A stretch of 60,251 nucleotides of DNA, filler included, from Catajapyx aquilonaris (Eukaryota), in NCBI GenBank assembly GCA_000934665.2. It is 2 parts of 2 records of this genome, joined end to end, with 100 filler letters (N's around TTAATTAATTAA, not from the genome) between each part and the next. Parts side by side here need not be neighbours in the genome. Positions count along the whole stretch, not along the records: positions 1 to 30,068 come from JYFJ02004691.1; 1 more part is not named here. One strand, 5' to 3'. The translations under genes were made by a program, and so were the position numbers. Under the pieces are notes generated by a model. That model saw only the letters and a list, made by a program, of their open reading frames with translations, was not told the origin of the DNA and searched no databases. This document shows positions 12,089 through 23,500 of this stretch, in pieces. The first letter of the stretch is position 1, and every line of letters begins with the position of its first letter.

Positions 12089-13823
12089 CATAACTCCACC
12101 CCCCTTACCCATCCCGGAGGCTACCTGAATGCTGACTAACAACAAACACACACCTGCTGATTGCCTGCCTTTGCCTGCCCTCCGACCTCTCTGGCAGGTC
12201 TGCAAAAGACGCCCTTCGGCTGTCGTCGGACAGTCACGCCACAAGAATCACAAGGCAGGACCGCTCGGTATCCATCTGCTGCCATGCACACCCGATGTGC
12301 CAAAATATTGGTTGACATAAACAGGGTGAAAGGCACACCAAATATTTTTTTTTTGAAAGGTCCTAAGAGATGACAAGCTGCCCGGATCCGCCGGGGGCCA
12401 CTTGTTTCAAAACCCATCGTCATAAACCCCCTGGAGGGCTGCCTCACCCTGTAGCCAAAGAAGCACGCAAGGTTCCGCCTTTGCAAGCCGCCAATTTCAG
12501 TTTTCTGTCTTCTTTTTGAGGCACCCAACCCTTTTTCTCGGGCCGTAAAGCACTAAGCCATAAACCCACGGTTGACCATCATTTTTTTAAGAAAACCCTT
12601 TCCCCCTCGGGCTTGATTGGACACAGGTTAATTAGGAACCGAGCCGAATAGTTCCTGATACTTACATACTCGTCCCTGAACCTCTGGGCGTGGTAAAGGG
12701 CATTTTTGGCTTGCTGGACCACCTGCCGGATGAGCTCTGTGTCGTCCAGCATCGGCAGGCCGTCTTCTGTGTTGACCTCCAGGGCGGCCCCGGAGTCGAT
12801 TCCGCACGGGTTGACCCATAGCGGCTTGCCTCCTCTCCTCGGAGGTGACGAAGTGTCTGTACGGTCCATTGGCGCTGACCAACACGGATGAGGTAATCGG
12901 AACACGCTGAGGGTGAGGATGCTGATGGCCACGTACCTTCGTAGACCTATCAAGAAAAAAAACATTTAAAGTTACTCTCCGAATTAAATAGGCATATAAA
13001 AAAAACATGGCCTCGGCCGCATTTACAATAGAAAGTCGGTTTGGAAAAACCCAAAACCCTGGCCAGGTCCGGTGCAAAGGAGTTTATCATAAGGCCAGGT
13101 GCGAAAATCCCCCCACCAAGCAAAACCGTTCCCGGATTTATGTTATTTCCACCTTTTTTTGTCCGCGAACCCATGAATGTTTGCGTGATATGTCACGTAT
13201 GAAACAGGTTCGAGCATTGTCACATTTTTTTTGACACCCTCATAAAAAAAACGCCGGAAGGAAGCTCCCCAATATCGATGATAAACAAGCAATGGCATTT
13301 GGCGATATGCGATTGAATCCTGCGCAAGTTCAGGGCCGGTCTTAGCCGTCCGATGACCCACTTATAATGTCCCCATGGATACATGTTGGAAAAGGTGATG
13401 ATGTCGCAGGGATTTTTCTAACATTTGGCGTGGCATGGATCACGCATACACAATTTATATAAAATACACCTGCATAGAGCCTCCCTTCCCTTTCCTCTCA
13501 CAGGATACACGTTACTTTGCTTTTACACCATCAGTTTCCCATCAACTTCCAGAGCAACCATCATGTTCAAACCCGTCCCGTCATATTCACTGATGAGTAA
13601 TAGCAAAAGCACCGCATATATTTAAAAAAAAAAACAGTGTATCACGAATCGTTCGGCATAAGCCTCGTTAAATAAAAATAAAATCACTGGACTCACCTTT
13701 AAATAACTGTGCGTATGAAATTGTAGGAATGAGCCGTCTCCTTTGCCTGAACCTAAGTGCAGGCACCACCGGTACGACACTCATATCGTCGTATGTAAGT
13801 CTCGACTCGCCCATATCGCACAT
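8513..13823 (-). CDS. upd: Unpaired (Upd)-like JAK/STAT cytokine, 305 aa, 5 coding exons
   Basis: Exons 13823-13697 (MCDMGES...QLFK G|gtgagt), 12946-12666 (...YVAISILTLSVFRLPHPCWSAP...PLWVNPCG...RFRDEY|gtaagt), 10368-10228 (VQKTF...YDWLP...LQGLQ|gtcagt), 9298-9161 (LVASLQHTYQALQKFAVGLEQVVMDQ...KLKA|gtatgc) and 8743-8513 (VLCELQVAM...RNLRDWFIFRDYMNGLEY...KS*). All introns are GT-AG, phases 1,0,0,0. The motifs WxNPCG, LQxxAVGLEQ, LCE and RxxRDWxxxRDYxxxLEY match arthropod Upd-like cytokines as I recall them. Confidence 0.88.
9461..9520. promoter_or_regulatory. Overlapping STAT and NF-kB consensus sites plus AP-1, in upd-like intron 3
   Basis: TTCCTGGAA (9461-9469, TTCN3GAA) overlaps GGAATTCCCC (9466-9475, reverse GGGGAATTCC). 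TGACTCA at 9514-9520. Confidence 0.45.
12058..12086. repeat. (CT)n microsatellite
   Basis: Dinucleotide run read directly. Confidence 0.9.
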
Positions 13824-13940
13824 GTGTCCCACACTCACTCACAAAATATTCACTTTTTGGCAGTGGTTTATAACGTGTATAAAAAAATGGGAGAGGGTGG
13901 GGGGGGGTTTTGTTCACACCTGTGTCCACCACTCTCTGAT

Positions 13941-14403
13941 GACTGTCTGACTCTCTCTGAGACCTACCAGGTCCTATATATCCCCCTTACATGTCTGGTC
14001 TCCCCCCCTTCAACTATAACCCTCCCCCTTTCCCCCCCTTTAGCAAAAAGGAAAAGAAAAAAAGTCACCTCCCCTCGGACTGGATCCTCTTCTTTTTTCC
14101 CGCCGGTCCGAACCACGTGGTATTTCGACGCCTCACGACGCTTCCGGCGCCCCAATACGAGTAGGCCCTAACCTACTATTGGTCAGGATTCAACGTGTCG
14201 TCACTATCGGAGGGCGGGGAATGGTGACGTCAGCCAGTTCATTCACAAAGTCTGTTCCGTGTAATGTACTACTGAGTGACGTCATACGCTGTTTTTTTTT
14301 TGTCGGCCTTTTTTTTTTTATTAACACTACCCGGTGTTTAGAAAAACAGGGTTGCCAAGTTGTTTAAAATATGCGGCATGTGCGTAAATGTTACGGGATT
14401 TCC
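13941..14403 (-). promoter_or_regulatory. Putative promoter of the upd-like gene
   Basis: TATATA at 13980-13975 with Inr-like TCAGACAGTC at 13950-13941. Full CRE palindromes TGACGTCA at 14225-14232 and 14277-14284. kB-like GGGATTTCC at 14395-14403. Confidence 0.55.
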
Positions 14404-17400
14404 GTCGCGACGTTTCCGTTTCGGACTAATCAGAGTAAATGGAATTGGTTGGGTGTGTATATGTATAAACCTGTGTGAATCTTTGGTGCGTTACCTTCTT
14501 TTCTCGTGAACTCTAGGAGGAAGAGATCAGATTTTTTTTGTTATTGTTGTTGTTTCCTTATTATGCAGACGGCCCATCGTTGTACAGTACGTCACTCGAA
14601 AAAATTTATTTTAGATGCAGGTGATTTCCCCAAGCCGATAAGGGAATGAACCGGTCATAAATTAACATTCCGGAAAGCATGACTATGCCAATCGGGAACT
14701 ATTTGTCGATATACGTACGGGTATGAAAAAAAACAAAACGGAAATCGTGTATGTACACGGTGCGATAATTGCTGCAATGTTATACCACCACTATAACCCC
14801 CCAAGATAAGGAAGTATTTCCGGGAGATGATTTTTATTTTAACGTGGTGCATCCGACAGATAATAGATATTCTCGTAGCGATGACTGACAAATAACACAC
14901 AAAGATTATCGCAAGTTCAAGTTGACGTTTTTGCTTCAGACAACATTCCAAACAGAGCGATAACATCAGCACTCATTGCGTACAAGTTCTAACTGTAATG
15001 TTGTAGCGCGCTTAAATTATTACATAATATTACGTCAGACTGGTCCATGCAGTTGGCGCGTGTACGTTACTTTTAAAAACCGGTTCTATGTACCAGGTGT
15101 CTCTAACCAGGTGTCACTGACATACCTCCGATTTGACGCTCCTTCTTCAATATCTGATGTAACGGTGGTGGTGCAACTCTGGTCGACTGTAAAGTGTCAC
15201 TGCTGACTCAGCCATCAACTTTTTTGTTCTTAACATTTTATATAGTATATACGACAGCACCTTTTTATTCTCATAATTTCCCTCCTGTTGAAACACGCGC
15301 AATTCAATACATGGAAAGAATGAGAGAGAAGAAAAAAAAAATGTCGGCGACCCCAAGCTATAGGGGGAAATTTGAGTCGGAAACTCTCCGAAACGAAGCC
15401 CGGTTTCCTTTTATCTACAGGCGGTCTTTTTGCCTGTGACGCAATAACCAGGAGGCTCAATTTTGGTCGGCTCTTTTTCCTTTCCACCGGGTGGTGCACT
15501 AGCCATGTTCAAACGCAACCGATTGTCGACCCCAGCAAGTAGTTAGTTCGGACAGTCGATTGACTCTAATTCGTGTTACACTGACCTGGCCAATTTCAGT
15601 CTGCGGAATTAGTATACATTGCTAGGGACGAATAATTTCTTTTAAATGTTTCGCGCTTGTTAAACACCCTGTACCTGGGCCGTCCTCCTCCCCCGCCTAT
15701 ACCACCCATGCGTTTCCCGCCAAAAACTGTCGGCCCAACCCCTTCGACTTGAAGAAGACCTTTTTCGGTGGGGTGGCCCTCCCAGGTAGCCGAACAAGCG
15801 GAAATTCCTTCTCCGTCCTTGAGTAGGGCTGCGGCTGCTGCCCAAAGGACGAACCGCCACAGGGATGTAATCACACGGCGGTAGAAACAAACACACACTA
15901 GATGAGACGGTTTTTCAAAGACCGATGGCATTCATGGTTACAATGGCCCTAAGAAGCCAGGTGGGATGGGAAATCCCAATGGGGGATCTTTGGTGGAGAA
16001 TGTCCAGTATGAAATTGCACATTTCTCAACATTTCCGGCCCCCAGCAGCAGTACAACAAACAGGTCAACTTTGCCATTATGTCACCCAAAGATTGTCAAC
16101 CTACAAGTGAAATGAAGCCGGATGACGCACGTATAGAAAACAGGCTTATTAACCCCCCACAATTCGGCAACTATGTTTGGCACGCCAGGTATGTGTACCA
16201 CCTGAACCTCCAGCAAGATTTGATTTTCTTTGCGTAATATAAGAAGCAACAACTCTCCAGCATTGCGACTTTTGCATCCCGGTCGCTGACTCAACCCTCA
16301 TCCTTCCCTTTTAATTAAAATATTGGTCATGACCTAGAGAATGTATGTTGCACCACAGCAACCTGTTGGGAAGGCTCAGTGGCTGGTAAAAGCAAAAAGT
16401 TTCTCTTTGCGATATCGCCCAGCCACCAGGATGTTGCTGGCGTGACAATTAATTATCGTGTGCGATACAACATGTCCAAAGCACGAAATCCTCAAAAATA
16501 AATCGCTTATTAGGGGGGGTACAAACTTTATCCATTCACCAGTCCATCAAATATGGGACGCATCAATAGCTTCCGTTTCATGACACACTCGTATAGTAAA
16601 CAAAACGTCATGTGAATATGAGACGAAACCAGGACATTGTTTGGATTGAGACACACTCTTGAAAAATCCGAGCATAAAATCGGGAAAAGGGCGTGCAGGA
16701 AAAGTCATGTTTATAAGGGAGGGGCCTTTTTCCTCGCGTATGAGAGAGTCCGGGCCCAATTGACGTCAATACACACCTCCCTATATCTCTTTCTCCTATT
16801 TACCCACAAGCTTGTAGTTTTGTGGGCCGCATCCTGCCTTATACCAGCTGGCGGAAAAATTCTGGCAGGGGAAGCCCCCTACTTAACACGCGTCATACAT
16901 GTCAAGTAGTTGCACTGGAGAAAGTAATCCCTCCCCTTTCTACTTGTAACAAACACTCAACTGTATGTATATGAACCCGAACCTTGGATAACAAAAATCC
17001 GCTGGTTATGCCATTCACGATTATCCAAAGGCCAAGCCAATCGATTTATAGTTGCTGTACCCATTCATTAAAATCGGGTCTGATTACGCACCTTCCGAAT
17101 TCACCGGGAACTCCGGTCCCATTCATCATGTGGTCTTTCCGATCTGACATTGACCCATTTTCGTATCGCTTGCATCATCATTTTGTAAGGAAGGGCGTTC
17201 GCTCGCGGCACGCGACAAAACTGTCCAACAAGGAAAACTCGAAGAACTTCCATATAAGATGGCCAATGGCACCGAGAGAAAGAGGCAATGACAAGGATAT
17301 TGCGCGAGGTTGAGCAAAAGCGTGTTTCTAGTTCAACAGAAACTTTCTCGAGTTCAGGTTCAGACACTTTGCTATATTTACAATATTTGCATTGTTTTTT

Positions 17401-19285
17401 TATGCAGAGTACGGTACGTTTGAAATTAGGTAAATTTAGCCCGGGTATTTTTCTGTGGGCATCACTGTCAAGGACGTCAAGGTATAAACCTTCTGTGGGT
17501 TGTGACGTGAAGAAGAGTTTGCTGGAATCACCGAATTAGAAGTTCCACCCTCTCAGTGCAGGTCCCGAGAACAGGTGTAACGTATACGCACTGTTAATTT
17601 TACGCCTTTTTACTGGGTAATAAGAAAAATTATCATTCCCTAGTAAATTGAATTCCTGAAGTGCTCTTGGAAGGGGACCCCCATAGAATCGATTCAGCTC
17701 AAGTAAATTATTTACAATCGTTTTCTAATGAATTTGGAGGCGCTTTTGGATCTTTCATTTCAAATGTACCACTCACTCCTTTCGAGTCTCAACTTTTGTC
17801 AAAAGTATACAGATAATTTATCAAAAATGCTGGGGGAGAAATAAATTTGATTGATTGAATATCAAAATTCCAAAATCAGAAAATATTCCATTAAATATTT
17901 TGCGACGATGCAAGTCTGGTCCGAAATTCAGTCGATGCCTCTGTTTCGTAAATCTAAGTAAAATTTTAATAACATTGACGGAGCAATTACTTCGGTAATT
18001 GCACTATTGATTCTTGTTTCAGGAGAAACGTGCAAGTAGTGCACTGTACGCTATTTCAAGTGGAGAAGAAGACGTTCATGAGCTGAGACGACAAATGTTC
18101 CAGCTCCAGTGTCATACGGGTTCAATAAAAATTCATAATAAATTATTTTTTTCTGAAGCCATCTCGTAGCAGTCACATAAATACTTCTTGATTGGTGTAA
18201 TTCTGCTGGATCCGTGTAAATATGTTTATTTATATATTTTATTTTATTTAAGTTACCCAGTGATAAGGCTGAGCCTTTATCCGTGTAAATATTATCAGGC
18301 CTATTATGCTCGAGGTGCGAATTATTATCAACTTATACAACGCGTTAGTCTTCCCCTTACTTATTCTTATACGTGATGGGAATAAATTTCCAAGGCCGTG
18401 TCAGAAGCTATTTTTAAAACACCGCAACATAGTGTCGCTCGGCATAATTGCAATACCGGTAATTGATGATAAGGCAAAGTGGTCGAAGAATTAGTGCCAT
18501 CGGAAAAACACAAACTCATTCTAGCGACAAACACAGTGCCATAATCACAGTGAGGAAGTCAGGAAGTACCAATTTCGTTGCGATGACAATGTCAAAGGCG
18601 GAAAAAAAAAGTTGGATGTGACTCATAATTGCACCGTTTTTGAGAAAAGGAAGCCGCATTCCAAGAAATTCATATCGCGCTGAGTGTATTACTACTGTGA
18701 TACCCAAGTCCAATTTCAAACGTTTGTTAGACATATTTTTATTTTTACACCCCAGCATTTTTTTCTTCCGGTCTCCATATATTTTCATCGTGCGTCATCG
18801 TCCAGCATTCGGGCTTTGTGCATGCTTTTCTAGCTTATCCAGATGAATGATCTGAGGTCGAGAGAAAAATAGCGCATAGGAAACAGAGTGCGTGCAACAC
18901 CCGCCCTTCCTCCCATAATCCTCCCCATCCCCCCATCACCTGCATCCCTCATCTACATCTACACACCTCTAACTAAAAACCCACAAATAGTCCATCCTTC
19001 CTTCTAGCCAACAAAGGTCCATTTTTAATCGAGTCCATGTCTCTCGTACGTCATGTTTTTCCTTGCTGGATTTGTTTCCTGTCCAACTGACGTCTTTTCC
19101 AACGTGGGTGCCAACAATGGTTGTCAGCGAAGCAAGTCACATCAACTCTGCAATTTTGTACGCCATCGGAGGCGCAACTCTGATCACCAAGTCACGCTAA
19201 CATCTCCGCCGACGTCAAAAATTGAAATCGTGCATTCCTATCCAGATTATGACAGATTGTAATGCAAAGTAAAAATGTCCAAACT

Positions 19286-19619
19286 ACCGAAGCAGTAGTG
19301 GTGTAGTGGTATGGTGTCCGACTGCTAATCGGGAGGTCCTGGGTTCGAATCCCGGAGGCCGGCGACCCTGATCATGGTTTTCTGTGGTTTCCCATGGTCA
19401 CCGCAGGATAATTCCGGGGTCGTTACCGTAAATATAGGCCACAGCCGCTCCCTTCCTTACCTATCCTTGCCTCAATTCCGATGAAAAGTATAGTAAAAAT
19501 GGAAAGAGTTCCAGACAAAAAAAAATTGGGAGAAATCCCCCCCTAATAAAGCCTAAAGGGCTGATAATGGGGTATCAATTATTAAAAAAAATATTTAAAA
19601 AAATATTTTAAAAAAATAT
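19286..19619 (+). mobile_element. tRNA-derived SINE, family A
   Basis: A-box-like GTGGTGTAGTGG, B-box GGTTCGAATCC, non-tRNA body and A-rich tail. 16-bp TSD taaaaatgtccaaact (19270-19285 and 19620-19635). A second copy lies at 57834-58588. Confidence 0.9.
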
Positions 19620-20488
19620 TAAAAATGTCCAAACTGCTTCAAATCGCGAAAAAAATTGCAGGGCGTGCTCATTGTTTTTTTTTTCGAAGGGGTTAATCCA
19701 ACTAGTTCCAATATCCTATTGGCCAGGTCCGGTTTGAAGGATCAATTCTCCTTCTGATTCACTGGGCACAGAACTATTGACCTGGTCATTCAAGCAGCTC
19801 ATTTCCTGCTGGTGCTGATTATAAGAACGCTTTATTTTATTTTTAAATGAGTCACCTGTTTACTTGGCGCATATCAATAATTTAATATCATGTCACACTG
19901 TCACATACTAAAGCTTATGGTATGTGAATACCTATAGATGTTGATACCAATTAGACGTGTGTTCGTTTGTAACTTTTTTTTGTGTGTGCGCTGGGGGATC
20001 TATAGCTCAGCGTAAGAGTTTCATCAGACCTATAAGCCGGTATATGCCTAATTGATGATTCCGGCTTGACATCGCCTGCTTGTCAATCACAAATCCCCGC
20101 AGCAATTATCCTAATTTCCGACACTTCTTCCAGTGACGTCCCATCGATCCAGGATATTGCAAATAATGGATTGTTGAAATAATCCTTGCCCGTCCCCCCA
20201 TATCTCTTGATTGTTTACCATCGCGAAAACAATCGACAGCTCTTTTCCGTGGAACCAAATTTTGCGTCATTATCCGCAGTATAAATCAATGGACCAATAT
20301 CATTTTGTAAGCAGCTTTCAATAGGCTTCAGCAGCGTGGTCATAGGATAGGCTCGCAAAGCAACAAGCTTCGTTCGAGCAACATTGCGAGTCTATACGTC
20401 GCGTTCGTGTGGCTGCCAGCTTGTTGGTGGGAATAAAACAGGCGTACGAAAGCGTTGTCGAGTTGTCGACGTGACTTGAAAAAAAAAA

Positions 20489-20585
20489 ATGCCGGGCTTT
20501 GCTGGAGGACTTCGAGGGATTTCCAGCCTCATTTCGCCAGATCTACTGCACGCTCTGGCTTCTATGGGTCACGCCGACGAAATTG
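20489..20585 (+). CDS. FUOM: Fucose mutarotase (FUOM/FucU family), first coding exon only
   Basis: aaaaATG...MPGFAGGLRGISSLISPDLLHALASMGHADEI G|gtgagt. This matches the FucU/RbsD N-terminal signature LKGIxxxLSPELLxALxxMGHGDEIV, with a strong phase-1 donor. Downstream exons were not found in the visible sequence. Confidence 0.8.
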
Positions 20586-23500
20586 GTGAGTTTTTTGGTG
20601 ATTGAGAGCTGGCGGAGTGGGGGAAATCATATGACCTGGTGGAGGACAACACTTGTTTACAAGGACCCCGTATACGTTCACTCGTTAGTTGCTATTGGCG
20701 TATACACGTATACACTGAGGATCCCATAAAAAATGGGTCATGTTATAGGGGCAAAGGAAAAGGACCTACGTTTTTCTCCTCAAGGACGAAAAAGGTCAGA
20801 TAAGTCCAGATAACTCCAGATTGTGGATAAGCCAGGTGGAATACACGACCCTTATCAGCCAGCGTTTGGTCGGGTGGAAATCGCCGAGTTGGAAGGATAC
20901 ATGCCGGGTGTAACTCAATTACGGCTTAATTGGGTATGTTGGCGTCGTGACAAAAGGTGCGTGTGGTACTGGGTGTCCAGAAGTTAGCGCGCGTCTATAC
21001 GGTTCGTGTTGGGAGGGGAGCGATGCTGTAATCACCCAATATTTTATAGGTGCACCCTGTACCGGGATATAAAATATTGGTAGTTTTTTTAAGGGTCATG
21101 AACCCGCCGGTCTCATTAATATCGCTTCAATAGACTGCACTGGGGGGTTCTCAACCCTGTCTGGTTGACTGTCAACAACGTCACATGTCACCAGAGCATG
21201 CAGCAGGTCACAATAACAAGTCTTATTCGTGAATATGATGAAGAATATACGTGGCCTTCTGCGCTGTACAGGTGCTTTCTATAACATTTGGCGTGCTGTA
21301 TATTTACTTCTAGGGTCCGATGCCCCTCCAGTGCTTAGTGCTTAGTACGTCTCGGTGAACAAAATAAATGCAGAAAAATTAGTCAGCTGTATAGGATACA
21401 TCTGAAGGTCATCACTATATATTCGTAATGCCAATGTGGATGCTCGACATGCCTGTTTCGCGAAATATGTGTGTCACGAGGGTTAGCTAACCTGTCCAGA
21501 TTTTTTGACCGTCACGGTGACTTGGACTCTATATACTGTATAGTTGTAGCCTTTCAAAGGAATATTACTTGGAATTCGACCCATTTATACATTTAAACAG
21601 ACGAGGTTATTGAAACAACAAGTATGTATACATCGCGTGGATATGTTTTGACTTTTCTTGTTGCAGCATCAGGCAGGTGCGGCCTAGATATAAGTAACTG
21701 AAGTGTGACCACACCTGCACTTTCCTGGCACCAACATAATGCTATGGTGACGTACAATAACAACAAGCAGTGCCCTACACAACCATTGTCATTCCATCCG
21801 TGAGCCGTTAATCAGCAGACGGCAGGATCACTCATTACACGTTGGCACTATATAAGGTAATATGAAGAATAGCGGATCCAAAATAACAAGGACCTAAGGT
21901 AATAAAATTATGATCAAAATGCGTATTTGGCATCATAAAATTATAGAATACTCGATAAATAAACTAAAGTTCGTCCTCAAACATATTGATATTTTTTCAT
22001 CCTCACCATTTCTCGTACCTTGCTGGACTTCTGCCCTTCTTCCTGTCCACGTAATTATATAACAGCAAAGTGACTCATATGTTGCTCTTGAGCGATGCCG
22101 CAATTTAAAATTAAATCCTAAATAAGATTTGTTGCCCATCCCTAAAATAAGTGTATCCATGGCAATCAAAGCTCGTCTTGATTATCACACCTCATTTATC
22201 ACGCATTCCTCCATTTAATTCCGAATGATCCGAGACGGACCTTCAGATTTGCAATCCGGCCTTATCGTATGCATAAATTTAAAAAAGGCGCTATTCTTAG
22301 CGCCTACTTAATAGTTCGCACTCTGACGAATGCAATACTTGAAAAATATCGTCACCAAATTATCTCGACCGCCAAATTGCACAAAAAGATTTGACGGAAC
22401 CTATAAAGATTGGGGGGTGCGGTACGTGGGCGTCACGTCTAGTCACCGAGTCTTTGACTCCTCTCATTGGAAGGGACCTGAGATTTCAAAGTGAGACCGT
22501 AAGGGTGGGCGTACGTATACAAGAACGTTTAAAAAAAATCCGGCTGTGATTCAGCCAAAGGCGACGACAGGTCGGGCGTCTCGTACGGCAGACTATACCG
22601 TCATCAACTTCCGCAGCATGAAACGGAGCAGCATCAGGCTCCCAATGGACCCCCATGAGTTTGTCGGATGGAAATTCCCATTACCAGGATGTATATGATA
22701 AAAACAAACAGATCAACTATATTTTAAAAAAAATCATGCCAAGTTGCAGCCAAGTTTCACTGTGCCAGCTCTCTCTTTTTCTCACCTGGAGGACACGTCA
22801 GAGGCCAGGAACGCCCTAGAACTGACCCCTAGAAGAACGACCTGGCTGCTGACAAGCGCCTAAAATGCCACTTTAAAAAAAATGTTCAGGTGGAAAGGTA
22901 TTTCCTGCGTGCCGAATTCCATCTCAGCATCCCCCGTGCGTACATTACCAATGCTGTGTATGAGAGATGCCCTAGGATATTCCCACGATCTGTGCCCTTA
23001 TTGTTCAGAGGCTGGGCAGCATCACCCTTGTTTCAAAACTTGAAGCGTTATTAGCCTACTCCTTGGCAAGTTCCTTAGTAGCCCGGAGGCTCCTGCATGG
23101 GGAGCAGTATGGGGGCAGAGGAATGGGTGGATCCGGATTTTCTCACGGGGCTGCCCTGTGTATACTAATCAGATCAGATTCCTTAAGGCCAGCAAAGGTA
23201 TGGGAGACAGCCTCTGGTACTGAATCTGGAGGCTGCTGGAATGTTGCCTTCCAGTAAAATAGTCTCATCACATTATGAAAATTAGTTCTCAAATTAATTT
23301 TTTAATCACATCGAATAATACGATCCAATGGATGGGAAAATATCTACGTGGCAAGTTTCAGTCTATAGTATATAGTCACGGCTACATAACCCACTTTCAG
23401 ACTACTGAGAGTAACTGAAACTTGGGCACCCCGATGTTTCCCTTGCAAATAATTACTGCATCATAATTGATAGAAGTAATACTGTACAGTAGGTTATTAG

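Noticed and set aside
19286..19360. tRNA gene (also at 42997, 48340, 54829 and 57834)
   Set aside because: The tRNA-like heads continue into shared bodies, A-rich tails and TSDs, so these are SINEs.
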